A stretch of 64,000 nucleotides of DNA from a virus: the IMG/VR virus record IMGVR_UViG_3300010371_000028, positions 32,001-96,000 of that record; one strand, 5' to 3'. Position 1 is the stretch's first letter. Each line of letters begins with the position of its first letter. The notes under the pieces were generated by a model. It was not told the DNA's origin. It worked only from the letters and a program-made list of their open reading frames with translations, and did not search any database. Shown here one piece after another: positions 28,077 to 37,221 of this stretch. The position numbers and the translations under genes were made by a program.

Positions 28077-31000
28077 ACCATGTCCGATGCGCCGAGCCGG
28101 TACCTGACCACCTCGCTGTCGCCGCGATGGACGGACAGGTGCGTGAAGGTCACGGGCAGCGCCGGCAGCGGATCCGGCAGGCTATCACCAGCATCGACGT
28201 AGGCCCTGGTGACGTGCGGATGCCAATCCGCGTGCTCGCTGGCCGAGAGGTCCGCTAGGTTCGCTCGTAGTTGCTCGGCGCCGGGGAGAGTGACTCCGGC
28301 CCATACGACGGTCTTGCCGTCGCTGGAGTCGGACGGTTCGAAGGTGCCGAGTCCCGAGACGATTCCCGTCAGCGGTCCCGGCGCGGACGCGGCGGCTCGT
28401 GCGGCGCGTGCGCACGCGAGCGCGAACGCGTCGTCGTCGACGTCAGGCCCGAGATATGCGACGGTCACATGGAAGTCGGCGACTCCGCCGGGGACCGGCT
28501 CGATCAGCGCTTCAGGCAGATCCAGCGAGATCATTCCCGATTGCGCGTTAAGACTGTATCCGCGCGCTGCTTTCACCGTGTCCGAGGAGTCCTCGGCGGG
28601 GACGAAACGGCAGGAGCAGCGGCAGTTCGGGCCGCCGAGGCACACGTTTCCTCCGAACCCGCCGTCCCCGGGCCAGCCGGGCAGCGTCTTGAGTGTGAAC
28701 GTCTTGCCCGCCCGGTCGACGCAGGGCCCGCAGTGGTCCTTCGCGTCCCCGAGTTCCCACACGATCGTGTAGGTGGGGTGCGCGTCCATCACGGTTCGGC
28801 CGTAAGCCTGGTTGTACGCCTTGTACAGGGACGCGGCGTACTGGGCGAGACGCGCCCCGATCGCGGCGAGCGACAGTCCCGCGACGACGTCCTGGATCAG
28901 CCCCATGAGGTAGCCGCGCTGCCGTTCGGCTTGCTCGCCGGCATCGTCGTCGAGGTCGTCCTCGTCGATGGGCGGAGTGTCCTCGTAGTCTCCGGACGCG
29001 TCCGTCGTGCCGGCTGCCATCGCCTTCCGGTACCCGGCGGCCATCGCCCGCACTCCGCCGTCGACGGCGTGCGGAAGGGACAGGCCCGCGTTCTTGTGGT
29101 CGCGCACCAGTTGTCCGAGGTGCGCCGCCACGGCTGCGGCAGCCGCTTCCAGGTGTCGTTCGCGCCGTTCCTGCCGCTGCTTGGCGTCGGTGGCGTCCTT
29201 CGCGGCCTTCACTGCGGCGGGCACGCCCTGCGGGAGCATCCGAGCGGCAGCTTCCACGGCTTCGACGGGAAGCGCTTCGGGTCGGAACCGGGCAAGGTCG
29301 CGGCCCTTGCGCAGGTAGCGGCCGAGGATCTCAAGCTCCGCCTTCTGTGCGGCTTGTTCGGCGGCCTGCGCCTCCGCGTCTGCTGCGCCTGCGCTGCCGG
29401 GGGTGTCCGGCAGTCTTTGCGCCGCCTCGTGCGCCGGTGTCGTCAGCGAGTCGTCCGAGACCTGCGCCGACGCGTCCGGTACGGCGCCGGGCACGCCCGG
29501 GGCCTGGGGCTGTTCGCTGGCGATCGCCGAGAGCGGTACCGGGCCGGTGGCGGTGAACACGAGCGGCACCGAGGTCTCGGGCAGCCCGAACGGCGTCCAC
29601 CCGAGTTCGCCGCGGAACTCGTCGATCGTCTGCACGCCGCCCTGGGTCAACTGCACGCCCTGGTCGATCAGCGACTGCCGGTTCTTGCCGCGGTCCGTCA
29701 GGCCCCAGGACCATTCCATGTCCTTCTGCCCGAAGACTTCCCGGATCACGAAGTCGAAGATGACGGTCTTGAGTGCCGCGCACACCGGTTCAACGCGGGT
29801 CTGCGACCCCTTGTCCGAGTTGATCTGGGAGAGTTCCTTGGATTCGGACGGCGACTGCACTGCGGAGACCCGCGGGGTGACGCCGAGGTCCATCGGCGTC
29901 AGGCCGAACGGCATCGCCACCTGGGAGATGATCCACTCATCGAACTGGTCGGCGAGCGCGACCGGCTTCTGCGCCTCGGCTTTCGACCCGGGCGGCAGCA
30001 CCACGATCCGGTGCTTCGCCCCGATGTCCCCGGCCATCGCGTTCAGCGCATCCTGCAACTGCCGGATCTGCTGCGGGGTGGAGATGTCCGGGCCCGGCGT
30101 AATGAACTGCCCGGGAATGGAGCCGTCGGTGAAGTAGTCGTTCTGGAACTGCTGACGCGCCAGACCGATCGAGATCGGGAGGAGCGCCTTCTCCACGAGC
30201 GACTGCCCGTACGGGGTGAACGCGCGCGGCGTCTCCCTCATGTAGATCAGCTGGTCGGCGCGGAAGTCCGCGACGGGCTCGCTGAGTTCTTCGAGGTCGT
30301 CCCCGTTGATGACCGACAGGAGGTCGACGCGGGGTACGCCCCACACGAACTGCTGGTAGCCCACGGCGGACGGCCTCGGCGTCTCGCCGAGCGTCGAGAT
30401 CAGCGGCCTGACGGTGGACCCGTCGATGAGGTTGAGCGCGGCGAGGTCGGAGCCGAACGGGCCGGCGCCCTTCTTGCGCGGCGGCACCAGGTGGATCGCG
30501 ACGGCGTCGAGGACGAACCGGTCTTCGAGCAGCGCGCTCAGCCACGCCCCGAGGGTCGGATACTTGGCGCGGTCGGAGTCGGGGTGGCTGAAGAAGTCGA
30601 GGACGATCGCGCGCCGCTTCTCCCAGTCGGCCCGCAGACTCTCGTCCCCGGCCATGGCGTGCTCGGCCTCAGGCGTGGGAATCACGTCGGGTTCGAGACC
30701 GATGATCTCCGCCTTGCGCTTGTCGACGCAGGAGCGGGCAACCGAGTACATGTCGGCGACGGCGCGCAGCGTCGCGAACGGCGCGAGCTTGAGTCCTTCG
30801 CTGCCCGGCTGCCCGACGGGGAGGTTGTAGCCGGGCTCGTACTGGTATCGGCGGACGTCGGGCCGGTGGGTGTCCTCGCGCGGCGGGTCGATCGGCATGG
30901 CCGTGACTGGCGCCATGGGGCCGAACGCGCCGTTGAGGAACACGGGGGCGGGCCGGGGCAGCGGCGAATACGGCACGGAGGCGCTGTAGCCCTGCCCGTA

Positions 31001-31105
31001 TGACGCGACCAGCGGCGAGAGTCCGCCCTGGCCGGTGCTGCCGCTACTGCCGGCGTTGTTCGCTGCGGCGAGTACGGCTGCCGCGATCGCGTTCCCTTTC
31101 GGCAC
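28073..31105 (-). CDS. Portal protein fused to a MuF-like minor head domain and a C-terminal 2H phosphoesterase
   Basis: Portal core (LVEKALLPI...QQFQNDYFTDGSIPG...QTIDEFRGELG); MuF-like WELGDAKDHCGPC...GPNCRC; two HxT motifs FHVTVAY and HPHVTRAY; likely start GTG 31105. Confidence 0.88.
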   Translation of the reverse strand: MPKGNAIAAAVLAAANNAGSSGSTGQGGLSPLVASYGQGYSASVPYSPLPRPAPVFLNGAFGPMAPVTAMPIDPPREDTHRPDVRRYQYEPGYNLPVGQPGSEGLKLAPFATLRAVADMYSVARSCVDKRKAEIIGLEPDVIPTPEAEHAMAGDESLRADWEKRRAIVLDFFSHPDSDRAKYPTLGAWLSALLEDRFVLDAVAIHLVPPRKKGAGPFGSDLAALNLIDGSTVRPLISTLGETPRPSAVGYQQFVWGVPRVDLLSVINGDDLEELSEPVADFRADQLIYMRETPRAFTPYGQSLVEKALLPISIGLARQQFQNDYFTDGSIPGQFITPGPDISTPQQIRQLQDALNAMAGDIGAKHRIVVLPPGSKAEAQKPVALADQFDEWIISQVAMPFGLTPMDLGVTPRVSAVQSPSESKELSQINSDKGSQTRVEPVCAALKTVIFDFVIREVFGQKDMEWSWGLTDRGKNRQSLIDQGVQLTQGGVQTIDEFRGELGWTPFGLPETSVPLVFTATGPVPLSAIASEQPQAPGVPGAVPDASAQVSDDSLTTPAHEAAQRLPDTPGSAGAADAEAQAAEQAAQKAELEILGRYLRKGRDLARFRPEALPVEAVEAAARMLPQGVPAAVKAAKDATDAKQRQERRERHLEAAAAAVAAHLGQLVRDHKNAGLSLPHAVDGGVRAMAAGYRKAMAAGTTDASGDYEDTPPIDEDDLDDDAGEQAERQRGYLMGLIQDVVAGLSLAAIGARLAQYAASLYKAYNQAYGRTVMDAHPTYTIVWELGDAKDHCGPCVDRAGKTFTLKTLPGWPGDGGFGGNVCLGGPNCRCSCRFVPAEDSSDTVKAARGYSLNAQSGMISLDLPEALIEPVPGGVADFHVTVAYLGPDVDDDAFALACARAARAAASAPGPLTGIVSGLGTFEPSDSSDGKTVVWAGVTLPGAEQLRANLADLSASEHADWHPHVTRAYVDAGDSLPDPLPALPVTFTHLSVHRGDSEVVRYRLGASDMV

Positions 31106-31168
31106 GGCCACCCCCGCCTGTGTGACGTGAACGGCACAAGGATCTGGCGATCGTCGGCTTGCTGCCGG

Positions 31169-31609
31169 TTACGCGGCGGCCGGTTCGTCCTGCCATGCCG
31201 CGGCTTCTTCGAGGTCTTCACGCCAGAGCACCTGGTCTTCGGGCCACTCGCCGTGCCGGAAGTAGGTGACCCGCTGCACTCGCCCGTCAGGGTGGTATTC
31301 GAGTTCGGAGACCGCCGGGCATTTGCGCGAATGAAGGCCGAGGCAGTGCGGGCAGCGCTGCTTGTCGAACACGGTGGTCTTCAACCCGGCGACGCCTGGG
31401 AAGGGCGGGGGCTCGTCGACCACCTGCAGGAGTTGGCGGGCAAGAGCAGGGTCGAGGCGCAGCGCGGCCCGGGCCGAGCCTCGCCGCCGTTCGTCGCGGC
31501 GCGCTATGTAGGCGTTCTTGGCGCGCCTGGCGTGGTGGCGGAGCCGGTGGCCGTGGCGGCCCAGCTTGTCGTAGAGGCTGCCCGGCCAGCCGAGCGGGGC
31601 GCGGATCAC
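31169..31609 (-). CDS. Hypothetical protein with CxxC...H..CP motif
   Basis: QRCPHCLGLHSRKCPAV; between terL and portal. Confidence 0.55.
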   Translation of the reverse strand: MIRAPLGWPGSLYDKLGRHGHRLRHHARRAKNAYIARRDERRRGSARAALRLDPALARQLLQVVDEPPPFPGVAGLKTTVFDKQRCPHCLGLHSRKCPAVSELEYHPDGRVQRVTYFRHGEWPEDQVLWREDLEEAAAWQDEPAAA

Positions 31610-31685
31610 GTCGGTGAACGTCTCGGCCTCCTCGCGCTGTCATGATGGGCGGGTGAGTAGAACTTCGGCCCGCGGCGGCGAACCG

Positions 31686-31877
31686 GTGCCTGAAGAGTTC
31701 GGCGAACTCGCTACGTTCAACGGGCGCATTGCCGACGATTCCGCGGTTGCGCCGGAGTGCGCGGCGCGGATGGCCCTGGTGCAGGGGCGGTTCGACGTGT
31801 GGCTCGCCTCGAAGCTCGAGGGTATGGGCTTCCGGCCCGTGGAGGGCTCCGATGACGTGTGGGTGTTGGAAGCGTGA
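31686..31877 (+). CDS. Small hypothetical protein
   Basis: Natural composition MPEEFGELATFNG...; abuts the convergent minus-strand gene. Confidence 0.4.
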   Translation: MPEEFGELATFNGRIADDSAVAPECAARMALVQGRFDVWLASKLEGMGFRPVEGSDDVWVLEA

Positions 31878-32090
31878 CTACGGTTGTTGGCCGACGTTTG
31901 TCTGCTGCTTGAGCCTGATGCGCTTGTCCAGATCGTTGCGCATCCGCTTGGCGGCCCGCTTGTCCCGTAGGCCGAGGGTGGCCGCGATCGCGCTCCACGG
32001 GATGCCGCGCTGCCAGGCGATTTCGATCACAGCGAGTTTCTGTACGTCCGGGTCGTTCGTGTCGATCGGGCGCAGTTCGGTCTCGGTCAC
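31878..32090 (-). CDS. Small HTH protein
   Basis: GTGA overlap; RGIPWSAIAATLGLRDKRAAK. Confidence 0.65.
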   Translation of the reverse strand: MTETELRPIDTNDPDVQKLAVIEIAWQRGIPWSAIAATLGLRDKRAAKRMRNDLDKRIRLKQQTNVGQQP

Positions 32091-32422
32091 TCCGGCTCTC
32101 CGTGCGGCCAGGGCGGCATCTCGCCGGTGAAGCGGCCCATGCGCATCGCTAGGCCGACCTGAACGAGGCACGCCAGATAGTAGAGGGCTTGCGGTTCGGT
32201 GAAGCCGCCCTCGATGAGCGAGGCGAGCATCTCCGCTTGGGCGATGGCGCCTGGAAGCGTGCCGGAGAACGGATCCGGGGGCATCTCGCCCGCGGGTGGC
32301 GTCTGTGTCCCGCTGCCTGCTTCGATGATCCGCTTGAGGTACGCCTTGCGCTGTTCCGGGTCGAGCGGGGCTTCTCCCCCGCCGCGCAGATTCCGATGCT
32401 CGGGGATGCCGTCCCAGGCCAT
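32087..32422 (-). CDS. Hypothetical protein
   Basis: ATG 32422 after GGAGG; LIEGGFTEPQALY motif. Confidence 0.6.
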   Translation of the reverse strand: MAWDGIPEHRNLRGGGEAPLDPEQRKAYLKRIIEAGSGTQTPPAGEMPPDPFSGTLPGAIAQAEMLASLIEGGFTEPQALYYLACLVQVGLAMRMGRFTGEMPPWPHGEPE

Positions 32423-32442
32423 GCCACCGCCTCCTTCGGCCG

Positions 32443-33921
32443 TCAGTAGGCCGCCGTCCACGGGTTCTCCGGTTCAGCTTCGTCGCCCTTTAGCTGTTCC
32501 TTCTTGGGCGAGTACACGTCCAGCCACGACATGCCGGCGCCTTCGACCTTGCAGGCGTGCAGTGCGTAGACCATCGCGTCGAGCCGGTCCGGGCTTTCGT
32601 CCGAGCCGGGCTCGAACTGGGCCATCTGCTCTTCGAGCTTCTCGAACCGGCCGACGAGGTGGCAACGCTGCTGTTCGTAGAGTGCCGCGATCGGTTCGGC
32701 CCTGAGGTACTTGCCGCGTGTCGCATGCACGGTCTTGTACCCGATGTCGGGCGTCACGCCTTTGATCAGGGTGCCGACGTAGTCGCCGCCGTTGTTGACC
32801 TCGGCGACGACGAAGTTCGCGCGGTAGTCCTCGTATGCGGCGCACACGCGCCTGGCCACTTCGGCGGGGTGCCCGCGGAAGGAGAGGTCGGCGAGGACGT
32901 ACCCGTGCCCGTCGGTGCCTTTGCCCGCGACGACGATGCCGGTCTCGTCGGATTCGTCGCTCGAGGTGACCGCCGGGTCGACGGCGACGACGACGTACAC
33001 GAGCGGGGGGTGCTCGCCGACACGGCAGGCGTCGAGGGTCTCCCACGACCACAGTGCGCCCTCGGGGTCGTCGAGCAGGTCGCCTTCGAGTTCTTGGCGG
33101 GCGAGGCGCGAGGTGAGTCCGCCGGTGACGTCCTGGAGGAACTCGCTGGAGAGGTTGCCGGCGTTCTCGGTGGTTTTGAGGAGCCGGTTGTCGACCTTGG
33201 GGTCGTCGAGGAGCCGGCGCACGAGGTGCTTGGACTTGCGGGCGCTCTTGGGGGTGCCGGTCGCGATGATGAACGCGCCCTCGATGCGGGTGGCCATGCG
33301 GATCGACTCGTCCCACGCGGTTTCCCACTGTTCCCATAGGCCGATCTCGTCGGCGAGGACGCCGCGGAGGTTTTTGCCCTGGAGTCGGATCGCGCCGTTC
33401 TCGGCGCCAGTCGCGTAGAGGCGTCCGCCTGTGTGGAGGGTGAGTTCGCCGAGGGACCGGTTCCAGCTGGCGACGAGTTTTGACTTGCCGGCCTCGACTT
33501 CGACTTTGCTGGTGCCGAGGGCGGCGAGGAGTCCGGATTCGGGGGATTCGATGGCCATGGAGCGGGCGTCGGCGAAGGTGGGTGAGACGAGGCCCCATTC
33601 GCCTTGCCCGGATTCGGCGAAGCGTTCGGCGAAGGCGTGGATCGCGGACCAGCTTTTGCCGGCGCCGCGTCCGCCTCGGTAGTAGGTGATGCGGGTGCCT
33701 GGTTTGGGGGCGCGTTGCGCGTATCTTGCGTGCCGGCCGCGTCCGTTGTGGGGGCTGCCGTCGCAGGCGGGGTCTCCGCACCAGCGCCACGCCTGCATGA
33801 TGGCGCGGGACGCTGCGAGCCGGGCCTCGGCGAGGCGGCGGCGGCTGTCAGAGAGCCACTGGAGGGTCTCCGGCGACGCCGTCACCTCGATGCGCCGCGG
33901 CTTCTTCGGCGAGGCGGGCAA
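32443..33921 (-). CDS. terL: Terminase large subunit
   Basis: Walker A GGRGAGKS, Walker B VLADEIG, nuclease motifs VAVDPAV and SPDRLDAMVYA. Confidence 0.95.
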   Translation of the reverse strand: MPASPKKPRRIEVTASPETLQWLSDSRRRLAEARLAASRAIMQAWRWCGDPACDGSPHNGRGRHARYAQRAPKPGTRITYYRGGRGAGKSWSAIHAFAERFAESGQGEWGLVSPTFADARSMAIESPESGLLAALGTSKVEVEAGKSKLVASWNRSLGELTLHTGGRLYATGAENGAIRLQGKNLRGVLADEIGLWEQWETAWDESIRMATRIEGAFIIATGTPKSARKSKHLVRRLLDDPKVDNRLLKTTENAGNLSSEFLQDVTGGLTSRLARQELEGDLLDDPEGALWSWETLDACRVGEHPPLVYVVVAVDPAVTSSDESDETGIVVAGKGTDGHGYVLADLSFRGHPAEVARRVCAAYEDYRANFVVAEVNNGGDYVGTLIKGVTPDIGYKTVHATRGKYLRAEPIAALYEQQRCHLVGRFEKLEEQMAQFEPGSDESPDRLDAMVYALHACKVEGAGMSWLDVYSPKKEQLKGDEAEPENPWTAAY

Positions 33922-34384
33922 TCTCCCTCTCGTTTTCTTCCGCGAGGGCGCGGGCTACGTCCTCGTCGACGATTTCGACGCGGGAGCGGGCGGCTGGGTA
34001 GTTGTCTCGGAGCCGGTTTTCCATGTCTTCGAGCTTCATCAGCCGGTCGAGGGCCCGCATGTTCGGGTCGCGGTCGATCAGCGGCAGTCCGTCTGGGCCT
34101 TCGGCGACTCGCCCTGCCTGCGTGATCTGGTAGTGCTGGGCTTCGAGGATTTCCTGGGCGATGCGCCGGTAGTCCTGGATGCGGTCGAGGACGACTTGGC
34201 GGGCGGCGGCGGCTTCGAAGGGGTCGACGGCGTTTTCTTTGGCGGCGCGTCGTACGGCTTCGAAGGCGGCTTGGTGGCTGACGCCGAGTTCTGCGCCGAT
34301 CTGCCGGTAGGACATACCGTGGCGGAACATCTCGTACGCGCGGTGGTCGCGTTCGATGGTTTCAGCGGACCTGCGCGGCGGCAT
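33848..34384 (-). CDS. terS: Terminase small subunit (HTH-containing)
   Basis: N-terminal HTH GMSYRQIGAELGVSHQAAF; directly upstream of terL. Confidence 0.75.
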   Translation of the reverse strand: MPPRRSAETIERDHRAYEMFRHGMSYRQIGAELGVSHQAAFEAVRRAAKENAVDPFEAAAARQVVLDRIQDYRRIAQEILEAQHYQITQAGRVAEGPDGLPLIDRDPNMRALDRLMKLEDMENRLRDNYPAARSRVEIVDEDVARALAEENEREIARLAEEAAAHRGDGVAGDPPVAL

Positions 34385-34441
34385 GGGTCACTTCCTTGTC
34401 AACCAATCCATGCGTCAACTTGACGCGTGCCCTCATGCCGG

Positions 34442-34786
34442 TCAGTGTCCGCGTTTGCCTGCGGCGCGTTCGTGGTGGGTGGGCCACGTGATGCGCGGGT
34501 GGGACCAGCCTTGGGGGTGCTGGCCGTACATGTCCTTGATCGCGTCGCGGAGCATGCCCATCCGTGCGTGCATGCTGGCCCCGGAGAGCGGGTCGCCGTC
34601 GATGCGGACGGGTTCCATGTGTCGGCCGGCTTCGGCCATGTCGATGTATGCCTGCCGGAGCGTCTCGTAGGCGTGGCGGATCTGGTCGTGGTCGAGTGTG
34701 TCCACGTCGATGCCGAGTGCTATGAGGCGGGCGCGTCCGCGGGCTTTGGCGCGGCGGCGTTCGGGGGTGTCGGCGTGCACGTTCAT
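34442..34786 (-). CDS. Hypothetical protein
   Basis: ATG 34786 in a TGATG overlap. Confidence 0.6.
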   Translation of the reverse strand: MNVHADTPERRRAKARGRARLIALGIDVDTLDHDQIRHAYETLRQAYIDMAEAGRHMEPVRIDGDPLSGASMHARMGMLRDAIKDMYGQHPQGWSHPRITWPTHHERAAGKRGH

Positions 34787-37206
34787 CACAGCAGGCACAC
34801 CCATGGGGTTTGCGCGTTGAGGGACGCCATCGTGGTGCCGCTGATGGTGAAGGACGCCGGTAGCGCGGTCTGCGCGGTGCCGTAGAGGAACGTTTTGAGC
34901 CAGGGTGCCGCCGTGTTGCTGAGCCCGGCGTTGTACATGGGCGGGAACCCTGCGGTGGTGGACAGCCCCGCGAGGTGGACCGGGGTGGTGGCGTTCGACA
35001 TCAGCAGGATGATGTACGAGTTGCCTGCGACGAGGGTCTGTCCGGCGCCGAATGCGTAGGACTCGAAGCCCTGCGAATTCCAGGTGCCGAGGTCGCCGGT
35101 GACCGCGATCTGCGTCGCGGTCGTCCCGGAGATCGAGTAGAGGCCGATGAGGTTTTGGCCGCTGGTGGGGGTGGCTGCGGAGGACAGGACGCCGACGCCG
35201 ACTTTCGTCACGGCACTGTTGCCCTGCGCGATGATCGTCGTGCCGTAGATGGAGCCGGACACGAGGTTGTTGCTGACCGTCGCCATCTGCGGCGGGAAGT
35301 TGTATTCGAGCAGGCCGCGTGTGGCCGGGGTGTCCCATGCGTATTCGCCGAGGCTGGCGCGTGCGCCGATGGCTGTGGTGGCGCCGGTTCCGCCGGAGCC
35401 GATAGCGAGTGTGGCGCTGAGTCCCGCTGCGGTTCCGGTGGTGTTCTGGTTAAGGGTCGGGATGTCCGCGGCCTGGATCGTGGCGAGTGTCGCGTTGGTG
35501 CCGTCGGACCTCAGGTAGGCGCCGGCGGACTGCGCCCCCGTCAGCGCATTGATCGCGGCCTGGCGGCTGGCCTGGCCGGTGCCGCCGGAAGTGACCGCGA
35601 GAGTAGCCGAGAGCCCCGCCGCGGTACCGCTGGTGGACTGGTTCAGTGTCGGAACATCGCCCACTTGGATCGCGGTGAGCGCGACGTGCGTCCCGTTGCC
35701 GCGCAGGTAGCTCCCGGAGGTGACGCCGCCTGCGAGCGCGTCGAGGGCGGCCTGCGCGCTCGTCTGCCCGGTCCCACCTGAGGCGACGGCAAGGGTCGAG
35801 GACAGTCCTGCGGCGGTCCCGGTCGTCGACTGGTTGAGAGTGGGCACGTCAGCGGCCTGGATCGCGGCCAGGGTCGTGTTCGTGCCGTCCGAGCGCAGGT
35901 ACCGGCCCGCGGTCTGAGCGCCGGCCAGAACGGTCAGCGCGGCCTGCTGCGTGCCCTGTCCGGTGCCGCCCTGGCTGATCGGGAGCGGTGCGGCCAGGTG
36001 CGTCCCGGTGACGGTCGGACTCGGGTAGGTCGAGCCGAGGTCGCCGCCCGCAGTTCCGGACGGCGGGAGGCTGGCAGGCAGTTGACTAACGGTGGCGAAA
36101 TCGGTGCCCGCCGTGCCCGCGGCGCCGCCGGTGATTTTGCTGCCGCCCATGGCGATGGCGCCGGACATCGTGCCGCCGGCCAGCGGCAAGTAGGTCGCGG
36201 CGGCGTTCGCCTCTGCTGCGGTGATCGCGTTGGACTGGGCTGTCGCTGCCGCACCGGCCGGGTCGAACACGGAAGTGTTCTGTGTCGCCGCGGAGCCTAG
36301 GCCGAGGTGGCCGCGGGCCGCGGCGTTGTCGGTCAGGTCGCTGAGGTTGTCCGCGGCGGTGAGCTTCGTGGCCTCGGCAGCTTCGGCGCGGGCGGTTTCG
36401 GTGGCGACGGCGTTGGTGGCGAACGTCTCGGCGTTCGTTTGGGCGGTCGCCGCTGAGCCGGCGCCGTCGAAAGCTGATGTGGACGCGGTGGCGGCCGTGC
36501 CGAGGCCCAGGTTCGCGCGCGCGGTCGCCGCGTTCACCAGGTCGCTGAGGTTGTTCGCGGCGGCCAGGAGGTTCGCGGCTTGCGCGGCGGTCAGGTGCCC
36601 GGATGCGTCGAGGGTCGCGACACCGGATGCGGCGCCTTCGGCCGAGGCGGGGATCGCGGAGACGTCGGCGGCGTGGAGCACGACGATGCCGGTCTGCCCG
36701 TTGACGGAGTCGACTGCTCCGCCGCCTCCGCCGCCGGTGGCGTTGATGGTGACGTCGACTCGGCCGGCGGACGGGTTGTCGGCTGCGGTGACGGTGACGT
36801 TCGTCCCGGCGATGAGGTTGATTTCGGGGCGTACCCCGGCGACGGTGCCGTTGGCGGCGACTTGCACGCCGGTGATGCCGGGCGCGTCCGGGGTCGGCGG
36901 CGGAGTGACGAGGAGGCTGGAGAGTTCGTACGGACCGCCGGTGGCGGGCACGACGATGGTAGAGACCGCGCCGCGGCCTTCGGTGACCGTGTAGTACGTG
37001 TTCGTCGGGGTGATCGCCGAGTTCGGCGTCAGGGTCGCGCTCCACGCGCCGGTCTGGCTGGCGGAGGTCTGATACGTCTGGACGATCTCGCCGCTGCCCG
37101 TGTAGCCGGGGGTCGAGGCGCTGGAGGTGACGAGCGCGATGTGGATTGTGGCGGACGGGATCGGGTTCGAGCCGGCGTCGAGCGCGACTCCTTGGACCTC
37201 GGTCAT
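34786..37206 (-). CDS. Fibre-like virion protein with internal repeats
   Basis: NNLSDL..AA.AR..LGLG.AAT fibre repeats, three 64-aa GGTGQ repeats, beta-sandwich-like C-terminus. Confidence 0.8.
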   Translation of the reverse strand: MTEVQGVALDAGSNPIPSATIHIALVTSSASTPGYTGSGEIVQTYQTSASQTGAWSATLTPNSAITPTNTYYTVTEGRGAVSTIVVPATGGPYELSSLLVTPPPTPDAPGITGVQVAANGTVAGVRPEINLIAGTNVTVTAADNPSAGRVDVTINATGGGGGGAVDSVNGQTGIVVLHAADVSAIPASAEGAASGVATLDASGHLTAAQAANLLAAANNLSDLVNAATARANLGLGTAATASTSAFDGAGSAATAQTNAETFATNAVATETARAEAAEATKLTAADNLSDLTDNAAARGHLGLGSAATQNTSVFDPAGAAATAQSNAITAAEANAAATYLPLAGGTMSGAIAMGGSKITGGAAGTAGTDFATVSQLPASLPPSGTAGGDLGSTYPSPTVTGTHLAAPLPISQGGTGQGTQQAALTVLAGAQTAGRYLRSDGTNTTLAAIQAADVPTLNQSTTGTAAGLSSTLAVASGGTGQTSAQAALDALAGGVTSGSYLRGNGTHVALTAIQVGDVPTLNQSTSGTAAGLSATLAVTSGGTGQASRQAAINALTGAQSAGAYLRSDGTNATLATIQAADIPTLNQNTTGTAAGLSATLAIGSGGTGATTAIGARASLGEYAWDTPATRGLLEYNFPPQMATVSNNLVSGSIYGTTIIAQGNSAVTKVGVGVLSSAATPTSGQNLIGLYSISGTTATQIAVTGDLGTWNSQGFESYAFGAGQTLVAGNSYIILLMSNATTPVHLAGLSTTAGFPPMYNAGLSNTAAPWLKTFLYGTAQTALPASFTISGTTMASLNAQTPWVCLL
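35386..35985 (-). repeat. Three tandem 192-nt (64-aa) coding repeats plus a partial fourth
   Basis: GGTG motif recurs near 35962, 35770, 35578 and 35386; YLR..GT and D.PTLNQ.T.GTAAGLS conserved. Confidence 0.85.
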
Positions 37207-37221
37207 GTTCGCCCCCTCGGC

